Of a stretch of DNA of 64,000 nt, positions 1-14,206 are shown piece by piece. The position numbers and the translations under genes were made by a program. Numbering within the stretch: the first letter of the stretch is position 1; the number at the start of each line of letters is the position of its first letter. The notes under the pieces are model-generated. The model searched no databases and was not told the DNA's origin. It was given only the letters and a program-made list of their open reading frames with translations. Origin of the DNA: Anthoceros angustus (Eukaryota > Plantae > Anthocerotophyta); NCBI GenBank assembly GCA_010909165.1, contig MU008160.1, positions 682,001 to 746,000 on the forward strand, read 5' to 3'.

Positions 1-317
1 TTGGCCGCGGCCCGCCCGGCGCGCGGCTGGCCGCAGCGTGGCGCGCAGCGGGGGTGCGCGCCCGGCGCCGGCAGCGCGTCGCGCCGTGCGTCGGGCGCGG
101 CGGTGGCGTGCGGGCGCGCGGTGGCGCGGTGCGTGGCGGGGCGGGGCCGGCGGGCGTGGCGGCCGCGGTTGAGTGCAGCGCGGTGGCGAGATCGTCGAGC
201 GATTGGGATTACTCGGTGGAATCAACGGCAAAAGACACGGACCGTACGGTGGCTTTTTCTTCTTTGACTTTTCTAACAAGGCGAGTTGAGTGTTTTATCA
301 GTATCGATTTTTGAGTC

Positions 318-3300
318 ATGATGTCTTCATCATCGAAAGCGTCATGTTCAATATCGAGAAGTTAGATGGTACTAACTTCCCGTTCGGAAAGAACAAGTGT
401 ATAATGTTCTAGTGCGAAAAGATCAAGCCCATAAAGTTGTTAGGCGTCAAACCGGATAGTATGACGGGATGAGTGGCGGGACTGGATGAGCTTGCTAGAT
501 CTACTATCATGCTAACATTGTCAAAAGCGGTGTACTTCAATGTGAAAGATAAGACCACGAGTTACGGATGGCGTATGACTGTATGAGAAGCAAAGTGCGG
601 CTTCTCGGTGTATTGGTTGAAGCATGGTGGACTTGAAGATGAAGGAAGGGACGAGGATGTCCGATCATCCGAATGATTTCAATACCATTTTCAGCCGACT
701 CTCATCTCAAGGTATCACGTTCCCAGTTAGTGAGAGCTATGTTTCATGGTCACATTACGGAGAGTTGGGATACCTTCGTGCACTCGAGTAATTGCCTTTG
801 CTAGTGGTCTTACCATTGTAAATGTAGAAGGTAGCACATTGGCGAGGAGGTGAGCAGGAAAAACATGGAACCTTCCAAAGGTTCCGTGCCCTCATAGTGA
901 GAGGGAGGTCCACGCTGCGAAGGGAAGCAAGCAACGGAAGCTTTTCTCGTAGCAAATCTCGTAGTCGTAACAAGAATGTGGAGTGTCACTATTGTCACAA
1001 AGGGTCACTTCAAAAGAGAGTGCGAGAAGTTCAAAAGGACCAAGGAAAGAGAAGAAGCGGAGACAAGAAGGCGACTTTGCATCGGTTGGAAGAGTTAAAC
1101 TACGTTGAGGACGGAGATGTCCTTATCTCTTCTTACTTGAATCTTTAATTAACCGTGGATAGTCATTTATTACGCAATTGGATAATTGACTCGGTGCATC
1201 TTTCCATGTTACTCCTCATAGAGAGTGGTTTAACACGTATGATGCTACAAGGAAAGGATGCGTTAGGCTTGGAAATAACTATGCATGCGGATCGCAGCGT
1301 GGGTGATGTGCAACTCAAGTTTGACAACGGATCTTCATTCATCTTTGAAGGGCGTTAGGCATGTTCAAGTTGACAAAGAGCATGATTAGCGCGAGACGGT
1401 TGGATGATCTGGTTACTTCTTGGTTTGGGGATCACTCTTGGAAGATCTCCAAAGGTTCTCTTGTGTTAGCTCGTGGATCGAGTGTGGCACTTTGTACTCA
1501 CCAGTAAACACATCAAAGATCATGTGATCATGTGAGCAAAAATGTTTCCTTGTGGCATTGCGGTTAGGACATATGTCTCGAGAAGGGAATGAAGGTTTTA
1601 TCTCGTTACGGTTATATCCACTGCTTAACTTCTCGATCTCTCGATGTGTGAGCACTGTTTATATGGGAAGCAGACAAAATCATCACATCGAACGAGGTAA
1701 AGTAGAAGTAAACCTCTTGAGTTGGTTCACGGGTATGTGGACCTATGCCTCTGCATCATTAGGCGGTGCCTCTTATTTTGTCACTTTCATAGATGATTTC
1801 TCACGCAAGGTGTGGGTTTATCCTTTGAGGAAAAAGGATGAAGTTCGGCGGTGTTTGAAATTTGTCACCCTTGTAGAGAATCGATCCACCGATTGAAGTG
1901 TCTAAGGAGATAATGGTGGAGTATGTTTAGCTTTCCGGTCATTGATTCCAAGGAATCAAAAGAATTATTGTCTCCTCCACAAAATGGTGTGTGGCGGATG
2001 AAACAGAACCATTCGAGAGGATGCGTAGTTTGTTGTCAAACTCTGGATTGCCTAATGGGTTTTGGGCGAGCGGTGTCTCTGCGGTTCATCTTATTAACAG
2101 ATCTCCTAATAAAAGTTGATGAGGTTCGGAGGAGCTATGGTGCGGAAAGAAACCATCCTACAAGCATCTGCGAGTGTTTGGCATGAGGCATCGCCATGTT
2201 CCAAAAGAGTTTCGGGACAAGTTGGCACCTAAGTCCAAGAAATGTATTTTTCTTGGCTATGGTGATTGAGATGGGATAGTTTGTGGGATCCGGAGGCTAG
2301 AAAGGTTGTTCGTACTAGACGTGTTCTTCAATGAGAACAAGATGCAGGAAGCCTACTCCAAGCTGGAGGTGCGAAGGGTGATCTTCCAAGAAGATGGACA
2401 TGATCATCATGGGCGGGGTTGATATGTAATGTGGAGCACATTCCTCCATAGATGAACCAAGAGTCGAACAAGCTCCTATAGAGGTGCACAGTGCCGTGGT
2501 CGAGGCGGATTACACGACCTCAGCGGTATGATCCATCTGGATTATGTATCTTGAAGTTGGGAACCCTCTTCTTACAAAGAGGCTCTGTCAGCGAGTAACA
2601 AAGACAAGTGGGAGAAGGCCATGCGATCAAAAATGATTATTGCATAAGAACCAAACTTGGGAGTTGGTTCCGTTGCCTAAGGATAAGAAGGCACTACGTG
2701 CAAATGGGTGTACAAGATGAAGGTCATGATGGCAAACCAAAGTACAAGGCCCGTGGTTGCTAAGGGTTTCAAGCAACAACAGGCATTGACTTTGATGAGA
2801 TTTTCTCACCTAGTCAAAATGACAACTTTGCGATGTGTTCTTGCTTTGGTTGCGAGATGATATGGAACTTGCGGATGGATGTCAAGAGCATTCTTGCATG
2901 GTGACCTTCAAGAGGGCGTCTACATGCGGGAAGGTTTTGTTGAGAAGGGCAAAGAGCATCGGTGTGCGGGTTGAGGAAGAGCCTTTATGGTTTGAAAGCA
3001 GCACCCAGTGGTATCACAAGTTCCACTCATTTATGCTTTCTACAAGCGTGGATGAGGATCATTGCCTCTATCTGAAGCAAGCTAAGGATCAAAGCTTGCT
3101 CATTTTGATCCTCTATGTGGATGATATGCTAATTCTTTGAGCGATCTTGATGAGATTTCGTTGAAGTCAAAGTTGAATGCTCACTTTGAAATGAGACTTG
3201 GGAGGCGAGCCATATACTTGGCATGCGTATTCGTCGGAATGACATAAGCGTCACTTTATTTGTCTCGAGACGGAATACATTAACAGGTGCTTCAACGTTT

Positions 3301-4010
3301 CAACATGGAGAAGGGAAGCCATTGGGTACTCCATTGCCTCCATATGTGAAACTTTCGCGGATTGCCCAAGCTCGAGGAGGACAAAGTGAAATGGAGAAGG
3401 TCCCATACTCATCAGTGTAGGGAGTTTGATGTATGCAATGATTGCTACACGTCGACATTGCCTTTGCGGTGGGAGTGGTTAGCGAGTTTATGTCAAACCG
3501 GCAAGAAGCATTGGGAGGCGATAAAGAGTTATGAGGTATCCGAATGGTACAAAAGCTTTGTGCATATGTTTTGGTAGTGAAGATGCATGTGTGGTTGGGT
3601 ACAGATCGATTATGCGAGGATATGGACAAAAGGAGGTCCACATCGAGTTATGTCTTCACGCACGGGCGTCTCATGGCGATCTCGTTTGCGATCGTGCATT
3701 ATTCGCTATCTACCACAGAGAGTATGTTGCACAGCGAGGCTTGCAAGGAAGCCATATGGCTTGCTCGTTTAGTGGGAGACTTGGGGATCAAGGTTGAGTG
3801 CCGGTGTTGCATTGTGATAGCAGTGCTATCCAATTGGCAAAGAATCCGTGTTTCATGCGAAGACTAAACATGTGGATGTGAAGTATCACTTCATTCGAGA
3901 GGTGTTGGACGACAAGAGGGTACAACTTGTCAAGGTTCACACCGAACCTAGATATTCTTACCAAGGGACTCTCTACGAGCAATTTGCACAAGCTCGGACA
4001 GATGGGCATG
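318..4010 (+). pseudogene. Copia-A gag-pol polyprotein, heavily frameshifted
   Basis: Copia-order domain fragments in ORFs 897, 1155, 1552, 2835, 3223, 3544, 3848. Confidence 0.9.
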
Positions 4011-4058
4011 AGATAGTCCATTCTCCTCTGAAGGTAAATTGGCCTTTAAGTGGGAGGT

Positions 4059-4290
4059 TGTAAGGGTATTAAAGCCCATACTTAGACTAATACACTTAGT
4101 CTAAGTTAGGTGTCGATTAAGTATCATTAGTTTAGCTAAGCTAATCACTAGGAAGCTTCTTGTGCTCCTTCTTAGGAGCTTCTTGTGGAGCTTCCTAGGG
4201 AGCCTATTGGAGGTACCCTCCAAGCCTCATCTCAAATGTGAGAGCTACTCTTGCCTCCTCTCTCCTCTCCTCCTTCCACCCGGAGCCACG
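4059..4290 (+). repeat. Copia-A 3' LTR (partial), preceded by PPT aagtgggagg 4048-4057
   Basis: PPT immediately followed by TGTAAGGG; runs into Gypsy integrase sequence at ~4290 (boundary approximate). Confidence 0.7.
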
Positions 4291-4294
4291 ATCC

Positions 4295-7200
4295 TTCACG
4301 TGGTCAAGTAAGGGGTCGGGTGTGTAGTCACCTTCTGCTTGCTATCGGAGGCACAGTGCGGATGGCGACAGTATCCAGTCATGGGCGTAGTTCACTTGTG
4401 AGTTTATTCGAGATCCTGCGGATGAGCCCATTTGTCTTCTCTGTCGACCCATTGGCCTTAGGATTGTAGGGTGCCGTCTTGCGATGATTGATGCGAAATA
4501 CTCCGTCATGGCGGCCACCACATCATTAAGGAAATGGGTTCCCCTATCACTTACCAAGCTGCGGACATCCGTGCGGGTTATGATGTTCTCGTGCGAGAAT
4601 TTGGCCACGGTATTTGCGAGTCCGTTCTTGCCACCGCCTCTACCCACAGTGCGATGGTCGTTGCCACCGGGATGTATCTCCTTTGTGTGTGTCTTGTCGT
4701 GGGTGTATAGGTCCAACAAAGTCAATACCCCACTTTTGAAAGGTGCGGTGCCAATATCGGTACTAGCGGCCCGTGTCGTCGGGGTTGGCTTTCCGATCCG
4801 ACAAGCATCACACTTCTTCAAGCGGTGGGTGTCCCCATACATTGTTGGCCACCGTATCCGCTTCAAAATCTTTTGGTGGTGACTGTCTTTGCGTAGTGTC
4901 CACCCCAATCCTTCGTGCATTCCCTTGACGGCCGCTCCTCTCTGCGGTTGTAAGTACCTTCGTTCTACTCCGTCAGGCCCTAATTTGACACACACCGTTG
5001 TACATTACGAAGGGTCGAGCATAGTGCACGAATGCCTCCCTCATCCACGAGTCGATTTTGAAGCTCCATTCCCAGGTACCGCTCTATTTCTTCGTGGGTC
5101 GGACGGGCGGACCCTCCCTTCTCGCTACTAATTGCCGGTTCGTAGCTTGGGGTTCGGTCATTTGGGCTCCTCGGTTGTACTTTCTGCGGCAACCAATGTC
5201 TCATCCGGAGCGCATCTTCACGATCTCTCAACACCTTTGTTTTCAATCGTGACGGAAATGCATTTTGGTCTGCCTCCCTTGTCTTGTTTCCACTTGACGT
5301 GAACTCCTGCAGCAACAATATCCACCTTGCTATCCGTCAGACGGGTCCGTCTTATTCACCGGATGCTTGACAAAGTGGTCTACATAGAACACAAACTCCT
5401 TTGGGTAGTAGGTAGTGTGAATTTCTTGACATATACCATACCCAGTGCTTGGCGCTCTAGTTGTGTATTTTCGTTCGCGTGGGTATGTCGGTAGTAGTAT
5501 ACGGATAATCCGCCTTGTCGTCCTTGGCTCGGCACTACTCCGATAGCAAAGCGGACACATCTACATACACATGAAATTTCTGCTCGATCCGGTCCTCTTA
5601 GAACGGTGCGCTTACCAAGGTGTTACGTAAATCCGAAGGCCTCCTCTCGCTCCAGACGGTCCAAACCTCCTCCTTCCATGATAGTTACATCAACTTAGCC
5701 CTCTTCAAAGTCCTTAATAAACGGCGGTAGTATCCCACCATTCCGAAACCTCTCGGCTCCTTTAGGTTCGTGTGGAGTGGATGACCGGACCTTGTCTGGT
5801 CCACCTCGATTCCAGCACACGATGTCAAGATTCCCTCCGTCATTCCAAAGTAGCATTTCTCTCGGTGTAGGCTCAATTGAGTCTCCGCGGCGCTCAAGCA
5901 CCTTCTTAGATGTCCAAGGTGTTTGTCCTGCTCCCCATGCACACAAAAATCATCCAGAATATCTCCATGAAGTCCCTCGAAGTCACGGAAGGCGTTGGTC
6001 ACCATACGCATGAGCGACCACAGCGCTCCGGTCATCCCAAAGGCACTTCTCTTGTAGGCAAACGTGCCCACTCCGTAGTGAAGGTCGTCTTGTCGGTCCG
6101 ACTCCCTTAGGTGCAATTGGTTATATCCGAGTAGCCATCCGAGGAAGGAGTAAGTAGTCCGTCCACCTTGTCCAAAATGTCGTCTCTGAATGGCATCGGA
6201 AGTGGTCCTTCTCCGTTCGGCGTTGAGCTTCCTCCAATCTTGGCATACCCGAATTTGTCTGTGTTTCTTGGGAACCACCACAATCGTAGCGACCCACTCA
6301 TTTGTGTGATGGGGAAAATGATGTCTGCCTCCGGTACTTATCAAGGACCTCCTTCACCTTGATCGAATACTTGGGGTTGAGCTTGTATTGTCGGATTGAT
6401 GGCACGGCTTCAAATCGATCTTATGCTCTCCCACTTCTTGAATGCCCTTCATGTCCGTGACCTTGAAGGCGAACACCTCATAAAACTCCCATGCTTTAGT
6501 CCTTCCTTGGTCCGGAGGCATGCCTTTCTTAAACTTGAGAATTTGCGGACCTCCACTTCTTCCACGTCGTCCGGGTTCACCGTCTCCCGTTCCCGTGCTG
6601 CCTCGCTGCGTCCAAACCCCTCGTCCTCCTCTCGGGGATCGTCCTCTCGCATCCCCCATTCTCTGAAGAGCTCGTCGGAGGTGAATCGTGTTACTCCTTC
6701 GATGTCCGCTTTTCCTTGGTCCGACTCTTCGCTGTCTCCCCCTTGTGCTGGTCCGACCTCCTCTTCACTTCCTTCCTCCAGCCCCGTTGTGGCGTTTACT
6801 CGAAAACAATCAACCACTTACCAAAGGCATCCGGGTAGTCCATCTCCTCCTCGGACCGGCGGATCTTGGCGAAAGGTCGCCTCCTCGGAACTATCTTGTT
6901 AAATGCGGTGGAGTCCTCCGAGGTATACCCTTCGGTAGTGCTCACGGTTTCCCACAATAGGTGTCCTTGCTCCGGTGATAGCAACCCTCCCTTCTCGCAC
7001 CTTAGGGTCCCGGTCCACCGGCTTGAAGTGAATCTCCTTCCTTCCAAAGTGTAGCTTTGCAGGCCAACCCGACCATGGCCGCAACACCTCATACCCTAAT
7101 GGTCCGGCGGTTTGATCACAACAAAATCCGGTTTGTAGGGTGCCTATGGTGGCCAAGACTCGGTTAACTCCCCGCGGATCTCTTCTTGACATATACGCCA

Positions 7201-7330
7201 TTCTCGAGTCTTCGTTGAGGTTGAAGGATGTGAAGCCCAATTTTTCGTGCGTGGCTTGGTGATGAGGTTGACTCGGACCCGTGTCCAGCGGTACATCCTT
7301 GATGATACATCCAATCTCCACTTGTACCAC
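4295..7330 (-). pseudogene. Gypsy-1 pol (PR-RT-RH-IN), frameshifted
   Basis: ORFs 6899..7330 (PR), 5685..6344 (RT), 5330..5560 (RH), 4342..4995 (IN). Confidence 0.88.
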
Positions 7331-7899
7331 TGGCGCCAGGTCGTATGGGACACCTCACTTCCACTGTACCCTTCACGGCTTTGGTGCTCCATGGGTTTCC
7401 CTAACGGCCACGGACCTCTTGTCGGTATTTGGGTTATCCCTCGGTGTCGAAAGGACACAAGGTCTGCGATTCATCATCGGTCGCCACATTAAAGGCGAGG
7501 CTTCTACCCCAATCGAGGATCCTGCTGCGTCCTCATCCTCTCCCGGTCACTTACGGTATTCTCCGGATGCTTGCGCATTTCCTCCTGCAACATCTCGGTC
7601 ACCTCCCGGACTACGTGGAAGCTAACGTCGCCGTCGCGGGAGGCACCGTTCCCTTCTCCCATCTGTCGGGAACTTCCTTGTAATCCCTCCGTGACTGCCG
7701 TCAGCCCTCCTTCATCGGTCGGATCCTCTGGTATTTCCGTTTGATTGCCTTCCTCCGTGCCTTCCTCGATCTTGTTCTTCTTCAATGGCGCCTTTCTCGT
7801 CGCTCCTTCCTTGACTCTGAGACACCTCAAGATTTCCACTGACTCCCTTCCTTTCGACACCCCACCGTACCTTCTTGTTCTTTTCCATCTCACGGAATC

Positions 7900-9260
7900 T
7901 CTTCCTCCATTGAGCATCTTGACTTGCCGTCAGGTCTTAGGAGGTGGCGTTGGTGGTCGAGTTCTCCGCTTGGTGTGGCATATCGTCTTTGCGGGGTTGG
8001 GACATAGCGTCTTGCTGCTTGCGATACCGGCCGCTCGAAGTCCCCATTACCACCTCGTTGAGTGCGGACGCGTTGGAGTAATGGCGAGATTCCCAGTTCC
8101 AAGACCACGGCCGTCACGGAGGATACGAAGGGCTCCCATGCGGTCTTTGCATCGGTGGGGCTCGTTGTGTGGACCTCCGGTTGGCGGATACATGGTTTTG
8201 GGATATCGCGGCCCGCACATAGGCCTCTTCCCATTGCTCCTCGGCCTCCTCCTCGTATTCGTAGTCCACTTGATGCCGGCCTTGAGGCGGTTGGACTTCG
8301 AATGGTGTTGGCACGGCACACGAGATCGTTCGTGGTCGGTGTTTTCCGCGCTCGGTCCTTAACACAGTTTATCGCGGTCCTCTACTCTCTTTATCACTTT
8401 TCCGGGTCCTCCGCACTACCTCCTTTGAGGGAGTCGGGTCTGGAGCTTCTCGGACGTCTGGTGTCACCACCTCCTTCTTACCACTTCTTTTTAGCGGGGC
8501 CTTCTTGCTCTTCTTCTTGCGGGATACTCTTCCTCGCTAGAGACCTCCGTCTCTTCTTGGACGCTCCTCCTCCAAGACACCTCCGATTGGTCTTCCTCCT
8601 CCTCAAGACTCTTCCTCCTCAGTCGAACCCCGTTTCTTCTTCTTCTTCTTGCCTCCTTGAGCGGATTTATCCTCGATGTAGCGATTCCTCGTAGTTTTGG
8701 CCGCTCGACCGCCTTGCCCACGTCCTTCTCGGCGGCGGGGCGTGCAGCCATGGGTTTGGCTAGACCGCGAACCACCGTCGCTTGCATCGTGGTATGGGTT
8801 GGATGCCGATCCTCGGGCATAGAACCGCTCGATGTCTGAGCCCGGCTTCTCCTTCTTCCCTCGCTTGATTTTCCAACTTTGATAATACATACCCCTCACG
8901 GTGATCCCTCGAAACCGTTCTAAGAAGGCATTTTCAAAGCTTCAAGCAGGCGGGTGGGGCATTCTCCGGTGGTCGGTACTTTCTCCGATACCATTGAGCG
9001 GTGTCCTCGGAGAACCCCTTGGAAAACTGGATGAGTGCGTCGGCTCCCTCTCCGTTGAAGTTGGCTTTGGACAGAAGTCCTCCACAAAGGTCTCCGCATC
9101 CCGCTCCTTCTTCCCTCCGAATATGGAGTCGCTTGTTTGGTCGGTAGGGGCCATGGCTGCGCCATCGATTGGGTTAGGCGTGGCGTCCTACCTTCTTCCG
9201 TTGGCGTCCCTGTACCCGTACTCGTCTTGGTCCGACAATTCGACCACGTTCTCCCTCCTC
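7900..9260 (-). pseudogene. Gypsy-1 gag, frameshifted
   Basis: Fragments homologous to the gag at 42609-44084 (FGGKKERDAETF, PRYPKTMYP, GNGDFER). Confidence 0.8.
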
Positions 9261-9435
9261 GATCGGCGGTGCTCTCTCGTTGGGTTTGGCGTCTCTCCCT
9301 CTCCACGGCTCGGAGGCAGCGACCACGTCCGATCCTCCTGTTCACTCTTGACCGTCGCTCGGCCTCACGCATTCACTTACCTTCTCTTCCTAAGGGCGCT
9401 GCGGCACCACGATTTCATTCCCGGCAGCGCCAAAA

Positions 9436-12400
9436 TGTGGCGGGACTTTTCGATGGCCAGGCGCGCACAATCCCGTGTCGTTGTAGGAAGAAGTCCGTTC
9501 CCAAAGGGAATGATAGGCCCGTTTACGCGTTTCGGTGATTCTTCGTCCTTAGCGCTCGTTCGGTCTCAACTCACACACATACTCCTAACTACTCAGCGTT
9601 CACGTCTGCCGGTATGGCCAAGCGTTTAAGGACCCGTTCGCGTCCGTATCGTTCACGCATCCCTCACGCATCGGTCCTTTCCTCTCTCCCTCACGCTACA
9701 CTCTTGATCTTAGAAAAGAAGCGGTTCTGATCCGGACCTCCTCGTCGTTCGGGCCTCTCCGTCCGGGCTCTACCACCCTCCGTTCCTCCGCTCGTTCGAT
9801 CAGTTCGGTCGGACGCGGCTCGGACGAGCATCGGTCACCCTTCCCACACGCACACCACAGCGTTAAGTCCGTCACGGGACCTTGATCAATCTCCCGGGAG
9901 GCCGTGCACCGCGGTGACTCGGGACTCACGTTAGCAAGAAGACTCACAAAGGTGCGCAGAGCGGCATCAACACCAAGAAAGATGCTTTACTAGGCGACCT
10001 CGGCCCTCTTATCTGCGCCCAAGGTGGCGTCTTTATTACACCCCTATTACGGTGATAGCCACTCGGTATACCCTAATCGACTACCTATTCTCCCCTATCT
10101 CCTTGTGGGTGGGAAGGTCACAGGCCCCCTCGGAATGGGTGGTCCAATCCCCGTCCACGGCGGTTGTGGTGCACCCAATCGGATGATCCGTGGAGGGGCC
10201 CCTCTCTCCCGGAATCACAGTCGGGTTGGGCTCTGGCGGTCGACAACCGCGTTACCACGGCGTCATCCTCCTGGCCTCCACAGGTCCTTGCGGTGGGGCC
10301 ACCGGCCTCGGCTCCCCTAGCGTAAGTCGAAGGGGCTCCTCCTTCTTCCGCGGCCGGTCCTCGAGGTCTGTCTCGACTCACGAACTTGAGTCCGGCTTAT
10401 TCACAGGTCGGCCGGCTAGGTCCGACCTTGTCTGGGTCCGGACCTCGGGTCCGGACTTCAGGTCCGGACTTGAGTCGGACTTATTCAGTCCGGACTTGAG
10501 TCGGACTTCTGTCCGGACTTGTCCGGCCTCCCTGAGTCCGGACAAAGTCCGGACTCACGCCCCGGTTTCCTCCCTCACGGGACTCCTCCGTGGCTCTCCC
10601 TCGAAGTCCTCCTGTTCCCGATCGCCCGTGACTCCCCGTTGGCCCCTCCTTCCATGGTGAGGTGCGGGTGCTTACCTCGATCGCATCCGCGCTCCCTCGT
10701 TCCTCGGTTGCTCCTCCGCGCTCCCGTCATCTCCAAAGGGCCACTAGGGTCCTGTCTTGTCCCGTGGCCTTCATCTCCCTTGAGCCTTCCGGTCCGTCCG
10801 TTTGCGGCGGCGTCGAGGCTTCTCGCCGGGAGCTCGGCGTGGTAATAGGCAAAGTCAGATCGACTTGTTGAATTGCCTCTTCCACGTGTGCGAACTCTCC
10901 CTCCGCCATAAGTGTTCGGGAGGCGTCTTTGCTTGTTGGGCCACCTCTCTGCCCGGTTGTGGTGGGCGGGCGTATCACGCGAGGCTACAAGGCGGCCTCG
11001 GTCACCTCCTGCAGTGCATGTTGCTCACTGCTCCGGCTCCGTCGTTTCCTTTCCATTGCCGGCTTACCGCCATAGCGCGTTCGCCTTTCTCGGTGGACCC
11101 GGCTTCTTTTACCTTCCGGTGCTCGCGCTCCCGTTCATTACGGCCTTTAGCTCATGACTCCCTCTCCAGGTCGGATACCTCCGTCGGCTCGGACTTCCTC
11201 CGGCTCATCAGCAGCAGCGTCCAACTCCTTGGATAGTCGCCGATTTTCCTCCGTCTTGACGGAGCGGGCTGCTTTCGTGCTCGAGTCGTGGATTCTCTCG
11301 TTGAGAATCACTGCTCCGACGCATCTTGGAGTTGTAGCTCCGGCGTGTCCTTCTTTCCTCCATCTGCTGCCTCCCTTCTACCTCCTGCCGTGTACTCGGA
11401 GATCCCTATCTCCCGAGTCTTGGCCTCCACCTCCAGCGCTTTGTGCCTTGAGTTAACCTCATTGCTGCTGACTCTTTCCACGGTTCGATCACGTCTGTAG
11501 TGATCCCGGTCGCTCTTTACGCGGCTCCTTCGCCGCCTTTGGGCCTCGCCCACTTGGCGCTACTCTGGCAGGCCGCCTCCGCGAGTCGAGCTCTGCGCAC
11601 AGCCGGGCCTCCGCCAGCGTTTCCCTTCCTCGATCCAGGCGACTCCTTTCCTTTTGCCCCTCAGCGCCTTCACTTGCTCTTGGGTTCCACCATCCTCCTC
11701 ACGGGTGGCCTCCACTTCTGGGTCTTCTCCATTTGTACCACGAGACCCCAAAAGCATTGTCCATGACGGTAGTGTGGCGGGACTTTCTTGATAGCCGGTA
11801 GGCGCCAATCCGTGTCGTTGTAGGAAGTCCGTTCCCAAATGATAGGCCCGTTTACGTTTGGTGATTCTTACCGTCCTTAGCGCTCGTTCGGTCTCAACAC
11901 ACACATACTCCTAACTACTCTGGCGTTCACCGTGAGGCCGGTATGGCCAAGCGTTTGAGACCCGTTCGCGTCCGTATCGTTCACGCCATCCCTCACGCAT
12001 CGGTCCTTTCCTCTCTCCTCTCACGCTACACTCTTGATCTTAGAAAAGCGCGGATTCTGTGATCCGGACCTCCTCGTCGTTCGCGGGCCTCTCGTCCGGG
12101 CTCTACACGCCCTCCGGAGTTCCTCGGCTCACAGCGTTCGATCCGTTCGGTCGGACGCGGCTCGACGAGCACGGATCACGGTCACCCTTCCGCACACACC
12201 ACAGCGTTAAGTCGTCACGGGACCTTGATCAATCTCCCGGGCGCCGTGCACCTTTCGTCGGGACTCACGTTAGCAAGAAGACTCACAAGGTGCAAGAGCG
12301 GCATCAACACCAAGAAAGATGCTTTACTAGGGACCTCGGCCCTCTTATCTGCGCCCAAGGTGGCGTCTTTCACCCCTATTACGGTGATAGCCTCGGTATA

Positions 12401-14206
12401 CCCTAATCGGCCTACCGGCCTATCCCCCTATCTCCTTCGTTGTGGTGGGAAGGTCACAGGCCCCTCGGAATGGGTGGTCAATCCCGTCAGCGGTTGTGGT
12501 GCACCCAATCGGATGATCCGTGAGGCCCCTCCTCTCCCGGAATCACAGCCGGGTTGGGCTCTGGCGGCGGTCGACAACCGCCGTTACCGGCGTCATCCTC
12601 CCTGGCCTCCACAGGTCCTTGGCCGGTGGGGCCACCCTGCTCGGCTCCCCTAAGCGTAAGTCGAAGGGGCTCCTCCTTCTTGCCGCGGCCGGTCCTCGAG
12701 GTCTGTCTCGACTCCAGAACTTGAGTCCGGCTTATTCTGGGTCCGGCCCGGCTGGGTCGGCCTTGTCTGGGGTCGGACCTCGGTCCGGACTTATTAGGTC
12801 CGGACTTGAGTCGGACTTATTAAGTCCGGACTTGATCCGGCCTCCCTCAGGTCGGACAAAGTCGGACTCCACCAGGTTTCCTCCCTCACGGGACTCCTCC
12901 GTGGCTCTCCTCGAAGTCCTCCGGCTGTTCCCGATCGCGGTGACTCCGTTGGCCCCTCCTTCCATGGTGAGGTGCGGGGTGCTTACCTCGATCGCATCCG
13001 CGCTCCCTCGTTCTGCTCCTCGGTTGCTCCTCTCCGCGCTCCGTCATCTCCAAGCAGGCCACTAGGGTCCCTGTCTTGTCCCGTGGCCTTCATCTCCAGG
13101 CCTTCCGGTCCGTCCGTTTGCGGCCGTCGAGGCTTCTCGCCTTGGGAGCTCGGCGTGGTAATAGGCAAAGTGCAGATCGACTTTTGCCTCTTCCACGTGT
13201 GCGGGCACCCTCCCTCGCCATAAGTGTTAGGCGTCTTTGCTTGTTGGGCCACCTCTGCCCGGTTGTGGTGGGCAGGTGTATCACGTGAGGCTACAAGGCG
13301 GCCTCGGTCACCTCCTGCGCTGCCATTTGTTGCTTGCTGCTCGGCTCCGTCGTTTCCTTTCCGCCATGACTTACCCGCCATAGCGCGGCGTTCCCTTCGC
13401 CTTTCTCGGTGGACGCGGCTTCTTTTACGCTTCCGGTGCTCGCTCCTCCGTTCATTACGGCCTTTAGCTCATGACTCCCTCTCAGTGATCGGATACCTCC
13501 GTCCAGGCTCGGGACTTCCTCCGGCTCATACATGGCACAGCAGCGTCCAACTCCTTGGATAGTCGCGATTTTCCTCCGTCTTGACGGGCGAAGGGCTCTA
13601 TTTCGTGCTCGAGTCGTGGATTCTCTGTTGAGAATCACTGCTTTCAAGCGCATCTTGGGTTGTAGCTCCAGTGTGTCCTTCTTGTCCTCCATCTGCTGCC
13701 TCCTTCTACCTCCTGCATGTACTCGGAGATCTATCTCCCGTCTTGGCCCTTACTGCTCCATAGCCTTTGTCACGGCCTTGAGTTAGCCTCATTTCTGTGA
13801 CTCTCTCCACGGTTCGATCACGTGCATGGTGATCCGGTCGCTCTTTGCGGCTTCCGCTCCGCCTTTACAGGCCTCGCCCTGCTCTGGGGGCCGCCTCCGC
13901 AGTCCGAGCTCTCTGCTTGTGCCGGGCCTCTTCCGCCTCTGCTGCGCTTCCCTCTTAGCAGCAAGGTCCTCCACTTGCTTGGGCCTCCAGCTTGCTTGGT
14001 GATGCTGAAGAACCTTAAGATCTGCTTGAACGGGCCTCGCTCCGCCACCCGGCGTTTCCCTTCCTCGATCGGCGAGGGACTCCGCCTTTCCTTTGCCCCT
14101 CGGCCGCACTTGCTCTTGGGTTCCACCATCCTCCTCGGGTGGCCTCCACTTCACAGGTCTTCTCCATGTACCACGAGACCCCAAAGCATTCCGTCCATGG
14201 CGGTAG
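9436..14206. repeat. Tandem duplication ~2.3 kb (9436-11772 / 11773-14206)
   Basis: tgtggcgggacttt at 9436 and 11773; copies colinear with different small indels. Confidence 0.85.

Larger units (their letters stand above)
1..4290 (+). mobile_element. Ty1/Copia LTR retrotransposon (Copia-A), 5' end outside window, 3' LTR truncated
   Basis: GC-rich leader (1-200), then gag (FNIEKLDGTNF; zinc knuckle CHYCHK), protease region (NWIIDS), integrase (YFVTFIDDFSRKVWVY), RT (LYVDDML), RNase H (KTKHVDVKYHFIRE), PPT and TG-starting LTR. Confidence 0.9.

Noticed and set aside
7745-9629. Plus-strand ORFs of 205-242 aa
   Set aside because: Antisense shadows of the GC-rich Gypsy gag
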